A DNA stretch of 64,000 nucleotides from a virus (Duplodnaviria > Heunggongvirae > Uroviricota > Caudoviricetes): the IMG/VR virus record IMGVR_UViG_3300028559_000005; one strand, given 5' to 3'. The notes beneath the pieces were generated by a model, which worked only from the letters and a program-made list of their open reading frames with translations, searched no databases and was not told where the DNA came from. Numbering within the stretch: the first letter of the stretch is position 1; each line of letters opens with the position of its first letter. Positions 7,218 to 16,011 of the stretch are shown here, piece after piece. Made by a program: the position numbers and the translations under genes.

Positions 7218-8977
7218 GCTAACTCAACGTCCGTGTTGTAAGAAGTAAAGCCGTTCTCTTTGACAACCTTGAGAATGTTCTCCACTCTACTGGTTAGTTC
7301 ATCCCTGTGGCTCACAAGCCAAATACTCTTGTGACGTTCGCGACTCATCTTCTTGAGCAATGCCAATGCATTCTCTACGCCTTGTGTGTCTAATCCGGAA
7401 TCAATCATCTCATCAATGAACAAGATGTTGATGGGCTGGTATAGACTTTCCCATACATCTCGGAATGCCCAACTCATACTCAAGATCAATCGATTGCGTT
7501 CACCACGAGATAAGTTGTCAAAGTCTAGTTCACGACCTAGTTCTTCAATACTCACGGTCAAGTCATTCTGAAACTTCACAGTATGTGGCAATCCAATACG
7601 ATCAAGATAGTGTGTGAGTCGACTGTTGAGATAACTCAAATTTTGATCAATGATCTTCTTACGCACAAACGAGTCTTTGCTAGTTAGCAGTTTTAGTAAG
7701 AATTCTTGATGTTCTTGAATTCGAGTAAATTCATTCAACGTATCGTAACTGACCACTTGCAATGCTTGATGTTGCATGTCTACAATTTGTTCAGCATATG
7801 GATCGGTGTCTGCTGATCTTGCAGCAAGATCTTTACGCAAAGTATCCACAGTGTTCTTGTGATTTAATGCTTGTTCTAAATTATCATAAAATACCGTAGG
7901 AGCAGATCCAATGGTACCGAGACCTGTTAGAGTATCCTGATGTTCTAATCTTTGTGTATCATTGGTCAGCAATTGCAACGCCAATTCTTGAAGATTTTTT
8001 TCACGCTGTGTTTTCACCGTGTCAAGACTGTTATCGTGTATTTCTGTTCCACAGGCAAAACATTTGTGCGATGCAATTTGCCCAAGATCTTTTTGAATTT
8101 GATCCCGTTGCTTTTGTAATTTTGCATCGTCAACATTGATTTGCTTGATCCATCGATTTGCATCATCTGCAGATTTCTTGCGAATATAGTATGCTTCTAG
8201 ATCTCTATGTGATTGCACTTCATTGTTGATATCAATGTGTTCAAGATCATTGATACCTTGAGTTAATGCAGCTACATCTTCTGCTTGTTTACGAATCCAA
8301 AGTGTACGACGTTTTTCTAAACTTTGTATTTGTTCTTCAATGCGCTTGTTAGCTTCTTGAACAGCACGAATGCGCAATTCTTCAGACTGAATAGAATCTT
8401 TGGTTGCTTTGTTTAGTTGTTTGATACGATCAGCACGTTCACTTAACAATGTGATACCTAGCAATTGTTCAATGATGGTACGTTGTTCGTTAGCCTTGAG
8501 ACTTAAAAACGGTGGAGTATATGTGTTTAACGCAACAATGTGCTGGAACATGTCATGACTCATGCCCAACACACGTTCTATAGCTTCTTGTGTTTCTCTT
8601 GAATCACCTTGTGCTTCGTCCTGTGCTACTTGATGTTCGTTGTTAACATAAAACTTGAGCACGTTGGGTTTCCGACCGCGTTCAATTTTGTAGTTTTGTC
8701 CACCCACACCAAAGTCCAAACTCACCAGCATGTGTTTGGCATTAGTTTTGTTGACAAGATTGTCTTTGCGGATGTTTGATAATGCTTGGCCATACAAAGC
8801 ATAGCTGAGAGCATTGATGATTGTGGTCTTGCCTGTTCCGTTTCGAGAACCGTCTCCGCCCATGTCTAAATTTTCTCCCAGCACCAAGGTAAGGTCTGAT
8901 CGATCAAAGTCAATACCTTGTGTTACCGCGCCAACCGACATAAAATTACGAACTGATAAATTGTTTATTTTAATCAT
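7214..8977 (-). CDS. gp46: Recombination endonuclease ATPase subunit (gp46/SbcC/Rad50)
   Basis: Walker A NGTGKTT, coiled coil with a CFAC zinc hook, signature LSRGE, Walker B ILFIDE, and SH motif. Confidence 0.92.
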   Translation of the reverse strand: MIKINNLSVRNFMSVGAVTQGIDFDRSDLTLVLGENLDMGGDGSRNGTGKTTIINALSYALYGQALSNIRKDNLVNKTNAKHMLVSLDFGVGGQNYKIERGRKPNVLKFYVNNEHQVAQDEAQGDSRETQEAIERVLGMSHDMFQHIVALNTYTPPFLSLKANEQRTIIEQLLGITLLSERADRIKQLNKATKDSIQSEELRIRAVQEANKRIEEQIQSLEKRRTLWIRKQAEDVAALTQGINDLEHIDINNEVQSHRDLEAYYIRKKSADDANRWIKQINVDDAKLQKQRDQIQKDLGQIASHKCFACGTEIHDNSLDTVKTQREKNLQELALQLLTNDTQRLEHQDTLTGLGTIGSAPTVFYDNLEQALNHKNTVDTLRKDLAARSADTDPYAEQIVDMQHQALQVVSYDTLNEFTRIQEHQEFLLKLLTSKDSFVRKKIIDQNLSYLNSRLTHYLDRIGLPHTVKFQNDLTVSIEELGRELDFDNLSRGERNRLILSMSWAFRDVWESLYQPINILFIDEMIDSGLDTQGVENALALLKKMSRERHKSIWLVSHRDELTSRVENILKVVKENGFTSYNTDVELA

Positions 8978-9806
8978 ATTGCCTCATTAAATTTTCCTTC
9001 CACGGCAACATCCTTAAATTCTCTACCCTTGATGCCTCTTCTACAGGAATATTCTGTTCAAAACATTCTCGGACACTTATAATATGATCTAGTTGATATC
9101 CGCCCTCAACACCACATAGCGTTCGTTTAAATCTATTAGGATTAATAATATCAATATTTTCTTCATAAGTTTTTTGACTAAGTCCGTGAACTTTCCTGGC
9201 ATAACCAGGGAATTTTTCTCTTTCCTTAAGCAGCTTATTATATTTTTCGTTCCCTAAAGATTCTCCATATTTCTCCACAAGGCCTTCTAACGTCCATTTT
9301 TTATAGATGCGTTTGTAAACAACTTCCTGCCATTTTTTATACCCAGCCTCTTCACCGTAACGATCAATATACCATTCCTTTGAGTTAGTATAAGATGATT
9401 TTTTAGATTTTTTGTCGCTAAAAACAGCCCACAATTTTTTTCCGTTGATTTCACCGTGTCGTTCAACAAAATTTTTTTCTGTCTGCCGAGACTTCCTGGT
9501 TCTCTCAGCGTAAAGATCGTTTGCGTGACTACCGTAAAACAGTTGCCAATGCTCGAGTGAATTTCTGCGAACATCTTTTACTTTTTCTAAATTTTCAACA
9601 ATAGTTAACACATTATGCTTTATCATTGTTGGGATTCGATCAGTAATGACTCTATCGTCAAGGATACTTTTATTTCGAATAAACGCAGTCTCTCCGTATT
9701 TTTTGATAACTTTTTCTAACGCTTGTATTTCATCTGGTGTTAAACTGCGATTTACTTTGTCAGTAAAACGTTTAGTTTTTATATATTTTTCAATAAACTT
9801 ATTCAT
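8970..9806 (-). CDS. Free-standing HNH homing endonuclease
   Basis: C-terminal YQLDHIISV...ENLRMLPWKEN; N-terminal repeated (K/R)YGE..G motifs; Lys-rich; inserted between gp47 and gp46. Confidence 0.75.
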   Translation of the reverse strand: MNKFIEKYIKTKRFTDKVNRSLTPDEIQALEKVIKKYGETAFIRNKSILDDRVITDRIPTMIKHNVLTIVENLEKVKDVRRNSLEHWQLFYGSHANDLYAERTRKSRQTEKNFVERHGEINGKKLWAVFSDKKSKKSSYTNSKEWYIDRYGEEAGYKKWQEVVYKRIYKKWTLEGLVEKYGESLGNEKYNKLLKEREKFPGYARKVHGLSQKTYEENIDIINPNRFKRTLCGVEGGYQLDHIISVRECFEQNIPVEEASRVENLRMLPWKENLMRQYD

Positions 9807-9850
9807 TGATATGTAGGCTCCGTTGCTAATGCTACTTTATTTAGCACCGT

Positions 9851-10867
9851 TTACAGATTCTGGTAAATTTTCAGCAGCAATTTGTTATCGTAAAACTCTG
9901 ATTCAATGTTGGTAAGTTGATCTGTAACAATCTGATCTACTGATTCAAATTTAATTTCGCCAGGTGCCATATCAGTGTCAACTGATGAATTCTTGTTTGG
10001 GATTAGAGCCATCTCTCTTAATGCATAATCTCGGATATATGTTTCTTTGATAAAGTTAGCTTCTTCGTATGAAATCTCAATGTCTAAGTTTACACGAACA
10101 TGCATCCTGGGTGCAAGCAAAGTGGCAGCATTGTCAATGATGTTAGCAAGTCCTAGTACTCGGTACCTGGGTTGATCTGGCCAAGCATGATACACAGGAT
10201 CTTTACCCCACTCTATAATGGTCAACCCACGATCATCATCACCAGCATCGGCATAGTTGTGCGGAAATGCATTGCCAATATATGTAATATTTTTCTTGGT
10301 TTGGCGTTTATGAAAATGTCCAGTAAAAACATGTTCAAAGTTTGTGAAGTCTTCTCTACGTACTTCTCCATGATCTGGCATCTCTACCATGGCGTTCATC
10401 AAGTAGCCAGGCAGTTCAAAGTGCCCAAACATATATTTGCCTTTTAGCTTAGGGATACGTTTAAAATCATCACCCACAAGCCAAGGAGCAATCACAACAT
10501 CTCCGCTACTGAACCAATCATTGCATATCTCAACGTTAGGAAGATGCCTGGCCCACTCAACACTTTGTATGTCTCTCTTATCTCGATAGTAGAGGTCATG
10601 GTTACCAGGAATAAAATACACACGTTCAAAATTAGCATTTAGGTGCTCTAGACATTTTAGAGAATAATTTAACGTAAGGATACTGATTGATGCTCGATTA
10701 TTATGGTAATCGCCAAGAAACAAGCAAGTTTCGCATCCTTCTTCTTTTGCTTTTTGGACCACCCATTGAACAAATTTCCAACAGTCTTCGTTGTGCAATG
10801 TGCTATTAGATTTAAGACCTAGATGCAGATCAGTAAAAATTGCAGCCTTTTTAAATAGATTACTCAT
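9851..10867 (-). CDS. gp47: Recombination endonuclease nuclease subunit (gp47/SbcD/Mre11)
   Basis: Metallophosphoesterase motifs DLHLG, GDYHN, GNHD, GHF and GHFH; adjacent to gp46. Confidence 0.92.
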   Translation of the reverse strand: MSNLFKKAAIFTDLHLGLKSNSTLHNEDCWKFVQWVVQKAKEEGCETCLFLGDYHNNRASISILTLNYSLKCLEHLNANFERVYFIPGNHDLYYRDKRDIQSVEWARHLPNVEICNDWFSSGDVVIAPWLVGDDFKRIPKLKGKYMFGHFELPGYLMNAMVEMPDHGEVRREDFTNFEHVFTGHFHKRQTKKNITYIGNAFPHNYADAGDDDRGLTIIEWGKDPVYHAWPDQPRYRVLGLANIIDNAATLLAPRMHVRVNLDIEISYEEANFIKETYIRDYALREMALIPNKNSSVDTDMAPGEIKFESVDQIVTDQLTNIESEFYDNKLLLKIYQNL

Positions 10868-10874
10868 AGTTCCT

Positions 10875-11531
10875 TTATCGACAATCCACTATAGGATCAC
10901 GCAATTTTACAATTTTATGTCCCTTAAAGTCAACTTTTTTGGCACACACGCTAAGACCGTACTGTATATCAATACCTAACTCTTTACTAGCCTGCCCACA
11001 CGAACTATATTCTTTAACTTCTCCAGATGGCAAGGTGACTTGAACCTTATAACCATATTTAGAGTGTTGTTCTTTTTCTTTGTCAGAAAACCCTGTAATA
11101 GCAATTCGATCTAGACGAGTTTGAATTTTTTTCTGGTAAGATCTTAGTTCGGCCTCGCTAAGTCCGTAAGCCGCATGTTTTTCTTTAAGGGTGTTTGCTC
11201 GTTTAACAATATGTTCCTCAGTAATATATCCAAATCCTCCAACCGCATCGTTGTTAAGGTTATAGTATAAAGGGTTATTCTTGATATTTGGGACAGTGTC
11301 AAGCCACTTCTTCTCTGTTAACAACACTAACTCTTTGTCGTCTTTGCTTATGTATTCCAAGACCGCCATAGCAAAGTCGTTAGGAGCATGCTTGTATGCT
11401 ATTATAAAATCTCTACCAGAGCCGGTGTAGTAATCTTCAACAGCACCGTAGTGGGATCCTATATATTTCATACCGTTTTTAGTGTTGGTCCATTCGTAGA
11501 CATATCCATGATAATCTTGTTTGTATTTCAT
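10875..11531 (-). CDS. Seg-like GIY-YIG homing endonuclease with a NUMOD1-like C-terminus
   Basis: GYVYEWTN...KYIGSH, YTGSG, YYNL; C-terminal YSSCGQASKELGI helix-turn-helix. ATG at 11531 follows an AGGAG-like RBS. Confidence 0.8.
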   Translation of the reverse strand: MKYKQDYHGYVYEWTNTKNGMKYIGSHYGAVEDYYTGSGRDFIIAYKHAPNDFAMAVLEYISKDDKELVLLTEKKWLDTVPNIKNNPLYYNLNNDAVGGFGYITEEHIVKRANTLKEKHAAYGLSEAELRSYQKKIQTRLDRIAITGFSDKEKEQHSKYGYKVQVTLPSGEVKEYSSCGQASKELGIDIQYGLSVCAKKVDFKGHKIVKLRDPIVDCR

Positions 11532-11587
11532 TCCTGCCAATCTCCTGCAATTATTTATTCCTCGGGGACTGGCAGAAATTTTATAAG

Positions 11588-12487
11588 TTACTCATCCAAG
11601 CTGGATACAACCGGTCCACTCATAGCTGCCATGCTGTGTTTGCCTGAGTTCTGACGGGTCCATGATGGGTTGAGCCCGTTCATTTCCAAAATGTCATCAC
11701 GTATGTTTTGATTTTTCTTTTCAATGTTTAGGATACGAGTAAAGCTATTAGTAATAGCGGCAGTATAATACGCAAAAGGGTTCTGCGATTTTGATTCGTC
11801 AAATTGCAGTCCAATTTGGCTGAGTTGCAACAGGGCTTGTCCGCGCATTTCTTCATTGTAGGTGTATCCTCTCCAGTTTGATCTTGTGGCATAACGTTCG
11901 CACAGTTTCATAAACATTTTTGCCAAGGTGCGAGTCATCTCACCGTGATCTTTTGAAAACTCTCCTGTTTCTAAATCTCCACGCCAATGACTTTTGCCTA
12001 CCAAGAACGGAACTTTGTTCTCATCCACACGATAGTGAAAAAATGGAGGAAAGTTCACCCGCATGTGTGTGGGATCTAGTATGGGTTCATCGATCAATCC
12101 TGCCAGCGGATCGTCCTCCGAAGGCTCATCTAATTCCAATAGCTCTTCTAATTTGCGTTTTTTAGCTGCTGCTTTGGTGATCTTTTTGGGTGCCATGGGA
12201 ATGTGTTCCCACGTCATAACTCGAAAAACAATGTCTGTGTTGGGGATTTTTTTAGGATCAACAATCTCGCCAGTTTCACGTTTGATACGATCTGCACGAT
12301 TTCTACGTGCTTCGGCTGTGCTCTTTTGATTAATCTTGCTTACACTTGGCAGGATAATGTCGTATTGATGATCCAGATTTGGATCTCTAAACGCACAATA
12401 ATTCTTTTTGCTAAGGTGAATTTCTTTGAGAATATCGCGATTATTTAAATAGTTGGTTTTTGGTGTTGCTCTTGTAATGGTTGCCAT
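11588..12487 (-). CDS. gp55: Late-transcription sigma factor, T4 gp55-like
   Basis: NYLNNRDILKEI N-terminus; NWRGYTYNEEM...QFDESKSQNPFAYYTAAITNSFTRILNIEKK; sits upstream of gp47-gp46 as in T4-like phages. Confidence 0.82.
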   Translation of the reverse strand: MATITRATPKTNYLNNRDILKEIHLSKKNYCAFRDPNLDHQYDIILPSVSKINQKSTAEARRNRADRIKRETGEIVDPKKIPNTDIVFRVMTWEHIPMAPKKITKAAAKKRKLEELLELDEPSEDDPLAGLIDEPILDPTHMRVNFPPFFHYRVDENKVPFLVGKSHWRGDLETGEFSKDHGEMTRTLAKMFMKLCERYATRSNWRGYTYNEEMRGQALLQLSQIGLQFDESKSQNPFAYYTAAITNSFTRILNIEKKNQNIRDDILEMNGLNPSWTRQNSGKHSMAAMSGPVVSSLDE

Positions 12488-12515
12488 TAGGGAGAGATCC
12501 TTTAAAGTAGTATTT

Positions 12516-12543
12516 ATTATAGCAGATTTTTACAATTTGTCAA
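12516..12543 (-). promoter_or_regulatory. Sigma70-type promoter for gp55
   Basis: TTGACA-16 nt-TATAAT on the minus strand, followed by AAAGGA upstream of the ATG. Confidence 0.75.
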
Positions 12544-12548
12544 TGATT

Positions 12549-12580
12549 ATAAACTGGGCAGTTTATTTTTTGGGTAAATA
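12549..12580 (+). promoter_or_regulatory. ATAAAC-N6-GTTTAT inverted repeat plus TAAATA late-promoter-like motif
   Basis: The same architecture and spacing recur at 20885-20916. Confidence 0.55.
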
Positions 12581-12597
12581 AAGAATAGGAAACTATC

Positions 12598-14115
12598 ATG
12601 GCATATAACAAAAGTAACGCAACAACATTCAATCAATTGATACAACTGGGCCTATCAGTGAATGAAGCCAGTGTGGAGTCTGGTGTCAGTGCCGATGCTG
12701 CCTCGTACGGAGCAGGAACAAATGACAATGCAAGTGCGATAATTCCCGGTGCTGGTGGAATCCTTGCTGAATCGGGTCTAACGCAAGTGTCCTATACACA
12801 ACCAGGTATAGCCGTGGATGCACAGTCTTCTTTGAAGAATGTATCAGTACCAGTTATTGATCCACGTATAATTGTGAGTGCAACACCACGTCCTACAGTA
12901 ACAACTGTTACACAAGCATTTCCTTTTGTTAACAATATTACTAATATAGACCCAGAGCTTGCGGCCATTGCAGCCGCAGCCGCACAACCATCTCCGTTTA
13001 GTGATGACAACACTGGCATAGATCCAGAGCTTGCGGCCATTGCAGCCGCAGAAGCACAAGTCATTGCAGCCGCAGCCGCACAACCATCTCCTTACGGAGA
13101 TAATGCCACTGGTATAAGTCCTGAACCTGCAGCCGCAGAAGCACAAGCCATTGCAGCCGCAGCCGCACAACCATCTCCTTACGGAGATAATGCCACTGGT
13201 ATAAGTCCTGAACCTGCAGCCGCAGAAGCACAAGCACAAGCCATTAGAGATGCAGAGTTGAACAATGCCACTGCTTCAAACTCACAGGCCGTGGTTGGTA
13301 CACAATTGGCACAGAGACAAGCAGTATTAGAAGCCCAAAGAAAATTGGTCAACAACGGTGATTGGCGTGTGCGACTCAGTCTTGCTGCTGGTGCTGACTA
13401 TTTGTACAATGAATCACCAAACGGAATACTTTGGCCTTTAAAACAAACCAACGGTGTTATCTTTCCATACATGCCCAAGATTGATGTAGCATACAAAGCC
13501 GACTACGATCCGTACTCACTTACACATTCAAATTACAAAGGTTATTTTTACAAAAGCAGTTATACTGACGCTGTGACTCTCACTGCAACATTCACAGCAC
13601 AAGACACATCCGAAGCTAATTATTTGTTAGCGGTGATACATTTTTTCAGATCAGTAACAAAAATGTTTTATGGTCAAGATGCACAACGCGGTGCACCACC
13701 ACCACTGGTATACTTGACCGGACTTGGCGAATATCAGTTTGCAGCACATCCTTGTGTGGTCAGCAGTTTTCAATATAATTTGCCCAATGATGTAGATTAT
13801 ATTCGTGCAGGCAGTCCCAACACCAATGGTACCAATTTGCTTACTCGCCGATCCAGACAAGACTTGCCTACCAATCCTATAACTGGTGCTGTCAAGCGAT
13901 TGGAAAACTTGTTCTCTAGTCAAGGTATCAACAAAGGTGCTATTTCAAGTCCGCCGGCGCCGCCAACATTGGGTAAAAATTCACCAACTTATGTGCCTAC
14001 CAAGATTGATTGTACAATAAGTTTATTGCCTATGCAAACTCGGGCACAGGTCAGTCAAGTGTTCAGTCTCAAGAGCTTTGCCAACGGTGACTTGATCAAA
14101 GGAGGATTCTGGTAA
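12598..14115 (+). CDS. Baseplate/tail-tube initiator-like protein with a repetitive N-terminus
   Basis: C-terminal domain DWRVRL...GVIFPY.P...GAPPPLVYLTGLG..F resembles tube-initiator (gp48/gp54 or P2 gpU-like) proteins. It is the first gene of the baseplate block. Confidence 0.55.
   Translation: MAYNKSNATTFNQLIQLGLSVNEASVESGVSADAASYGAGTNDNASAIIPGAGGILAESGLTQVSYTQPGIAVDAQSSLKNVSVPVIDPRIIVSATPRPTVTTVTQAFPFVNNITNIDPELAAIAAAAAQPSPFSDDNTGIDPELAAIAAAEAQVIAAAAAQPSPYGDNATGISPEPAAAEAQAIAAAAAQPSPYGDNATGISPEPAAAEAQAQAIRDAELNNATASNSQAVVGTQLAQRQAVLEAQRKLVNNGDWRVRLSLAAGADYLYNESPNGILWPLKQTNGVIFPYMPKIDVAYKADYDPYSLTHSNYKGYFYKSSYTDAVTLTATFTAQDTSEANYLLAVIHFFRSVTKMFYGQDAQRGAPPPLVYLTGLGEYQFAAHPCVVSSFQYNLPNDVDYIRAGSPNTNGTNLLTRRSRQDLPTNPITGAVKRLENLFSSQGINKGAISSPPAPPTLGKNSPTYVPTKIDCTISLLPMQTRAQVSQVFSLKSFANGDLIKGGFW
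12946..13235 (+). repeat. Intragenic tandem repeats, including an exact 87-nt duplication (13062-13148 / 13149-13235)
   Basis: Read directly; encodes IDPELAAIAAA...QPSPYGDNATGISPEPAAAEAQ units. Confidence 0.9.
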
Positions 14116-14414
14116 TGGCCACGTACGACTCGACTAGTGCATACTATACCACAGGGTACAGTCAATTTTTCTTGGATGTAATGGCCAATCGTGCTATACC
14201 CAAAGAAAGTGATGATCGCCTCATGCAGATCAATCAAACATATCAGTACAGACCTGATCTGTTGGCCTTGGACTTGTATGACAATCCCAGCCTTTGGTGG
14301 GTTTTTTATCAACGCAATCCCAACACACTTGCTGCACCACCACTGGATTTCAAAGCAGGGGTACAGATTTATCTACCCAAAATAACTACATTACGTGGTG
14401 TATTAGGATTCTAA
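14115..14414 (+). CDS. gp53: Baseplate wedge protein, gp53/LysM-like
   Basis: 99 aa; YQYRPDLLALDLYDNPSLWWVF...G..IYLP is a LysM-type signature. Confidence 0.7.
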   Translation: MATYDSTSAYYTTGYSQFFLDVMANRAIPKESDDRLMQINQTYQYRPDLLALDLYDNPSLWWVFYQRNPNTLAAPPLDFKAGVQIYLPKITTLRGVLGF

Positions 14415-14416
14415 AT

Positions 14417-15991
14417 ATGGCCACTCAGAATCAGATTTCGCAGTTTCAGGCAGCGTTTTATCAATCTTGGAATTCTTCTTTAAAAGATCGGCGAGCATAT
14501 CGCAATGCAATTGATGTAGCTGAAATTAAAACAGGATTGATTGTTGGCAGAGTCGTCAATGCTCCGGCTGGTATCAATCTCAATCTTATTTCACCTAACG
14601 ATATACCTTCATTTGAATCTCTTACCGCTGGAATAAATCCACCCAGTAGCTCAGGCGATATCACTGCACAAGCACAAGTGGCCAGAGATGATCAGGCCAA
14701 TACCACTGCAACAACACCGCAGCAGCTGGTTGAAACTCCAGATGGACGCATTACTAACAAACTGTCTGACGCACCCACTAATGCTAACGTTCCTGCAACA
14801 ACGGAAAATGGCAACGCAGACTCTGGTACCAATGACGAAACAAGAACACTAACCAATACTCAAGCTATACCATCACCGGTGCCATCAGGAGCATTACCAG
14901 AACCTCTGAGATTCTCAGATCCTCGGGCACCGGAAGAATTTAACAACTTACAAACTCAAGAAGCATTACCTAGCTATGCTCCGGTTAACAATGCCACACA
15001 AGGTGGAGTAGGAGCTCGCGGCGATGATGCTGCACAACCTACTACTAATGCTGTGCGAAATAGACTGGATGAACTGTATGGCGGTGTAAACAACGCTATT
15101 GTATCACAAGATAATATATTGGATTTTTATGCCAGCTATACCTATAGTCTCAGCTGGTATCTAATAGATCCTGCCACTTATAACCAGTTGGTCAAATCAC
15201 CAAAAAGAAATCTTGAAGGCTATTATCTCCTGGTACAAAGTGGCGGAGCTCCGGTAAACAATCAAGTGCCCACAAACAACGGCACTAACCCCACTGTGCA
15301 AACATCTAGTACTGTAGGATATGGACGTAGTCCGTTTTTTCCATTGGACTATTACATTGACAATCTTGAATTTAACGTTGCTTATGCAGGCACAGCAACT
15401 AATGGTGCAGCTACATTTAGCGATTTAACTTTTACCATATCTGAACCCAACGGAATTACGTTGTTGGATAATTTATACAGTGCTGTGGCAGATTTGTACA
15501 GCAAAAAAAATATTACCAAACCAGGAACTCCTCCAAGCTATTCTTCTGCAATGTATGTGATAGTAATAAGATTTTATGGTTATGATGTAGATGGAAATCT
15601 TGTACAACCCATTGGGCGACGTACCGGAGTCACTGATAATCAAGCAGCAGTGGAAAAATTTATTCCTTTTATTATTAGCAACATTGATTTCAAAGTGGCC
15701 AACAAGCTAGTTGAATATCAAGTTTCAGGAGTAGTACCGGGCACAGCAACAGGCTTCAGTACCAATCGTGGTAGTATTCCGCAAAACTTTCAATTTCAAG
15801 GATCCACGGTCAAGGACATATTGGTAGGAACTGTGGTACAACAAACAGCCAGTCAAGCAGCAGGGGATCAGGTGAGAAATGGCATCCCTATACAAACATC
15901 TCCTCCAGGTAACATATATGCCGAAGATGGGACATTATCTAATCTAAGAAGAAATACCGAAACTGGTGAGTTGTATGATCCTGGGCGGTAG
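14417..15991 (+). CDS. Baseplate hub protein, N-terminal part (gp27-like position)
   Basis: Low-complexity N-terminus, then DNILDFYASYTYSLSWY...YYIDNL...FTISEPNGITLLDNL. Lies between gp53-like and gp5-like genes. ATG at 14417 follows the gp53 stop. Confidence 0.5.
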   Translation: MATQNQISQFQAAFYQSWNSSLKDRRAYRNAIDVAEIKTGLIVGRVVNAPAGINLNLISPNDIPSFESLTAGINPPSSSGDITAQAQVARDDQANTTATTPQQLVETPDGRITNKLSDAPTNANVPATTENGNADSGTNDETRTLTNTQAIPSPVPSGALPEPLRFSDPRAPEEFNNLQTQEALPSYAPVNNATQGGVGARGDDAAQPTTNAVRNRLDELYGGVNNAIVSQDNILDFYASYTYSLSWYLIDPATYNQLVKSPKRNLEGYYLLVQSGGAPVNNQVPTNNGTNPTVQTSSTVGYGRSPFFPLDYYIDNLEFNVAYAGTATNGAATFSDLTFTISEPNGITLLDNLYSAVADLYSKKNITKPGTPPSYSSAMYVIVIRFYGYDVDGNLVQPIGRRTGVTDNQAAVEKFIPFIISNIDFKVANKLVEYQVSGVVPGTATGFSTNRGSIPQNFQFQGSTVKDILVGTVVQQTASQAAGDQVRNGIPIQTSPPGNIYAEDGTLSNLRRNTETGELYDPGR

Positions 15992-16011
15992 TATATGAGA
16001 GAAAACATAGC

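Noticed and set aside
7214-12487. Inteins or introns in gp46, gp47, gp55 or thyX
   Set aside because: Catalytic motifs are contiguous at normal spacing, with no C...HN intein ends and no interruptions.
12946-13235. CRISPR-like array
   Set aside because: The repeats are in-frame coding units without unique spacers; the same applies to 20067-20234.
12792-13239. Cys-rich minus-strand ORFs (LCGCGC repeats) as metallothionein-like or RiPP precursors
   Set aside because: They are the antisense reading of GCAGCC Ala repeats in the baseplate gene.
14294-14416. Upstream extension of the hub ORF
   Set aside because: It overlaps the gp53-like gene; the ATG at 14417 directly follows that gene's stop.
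15989-15991. TAG readthrough or alternative genetic code
   Set aside because: The downstream ORF is in a different frame, and long genes elsewhere are intact under the standard code.
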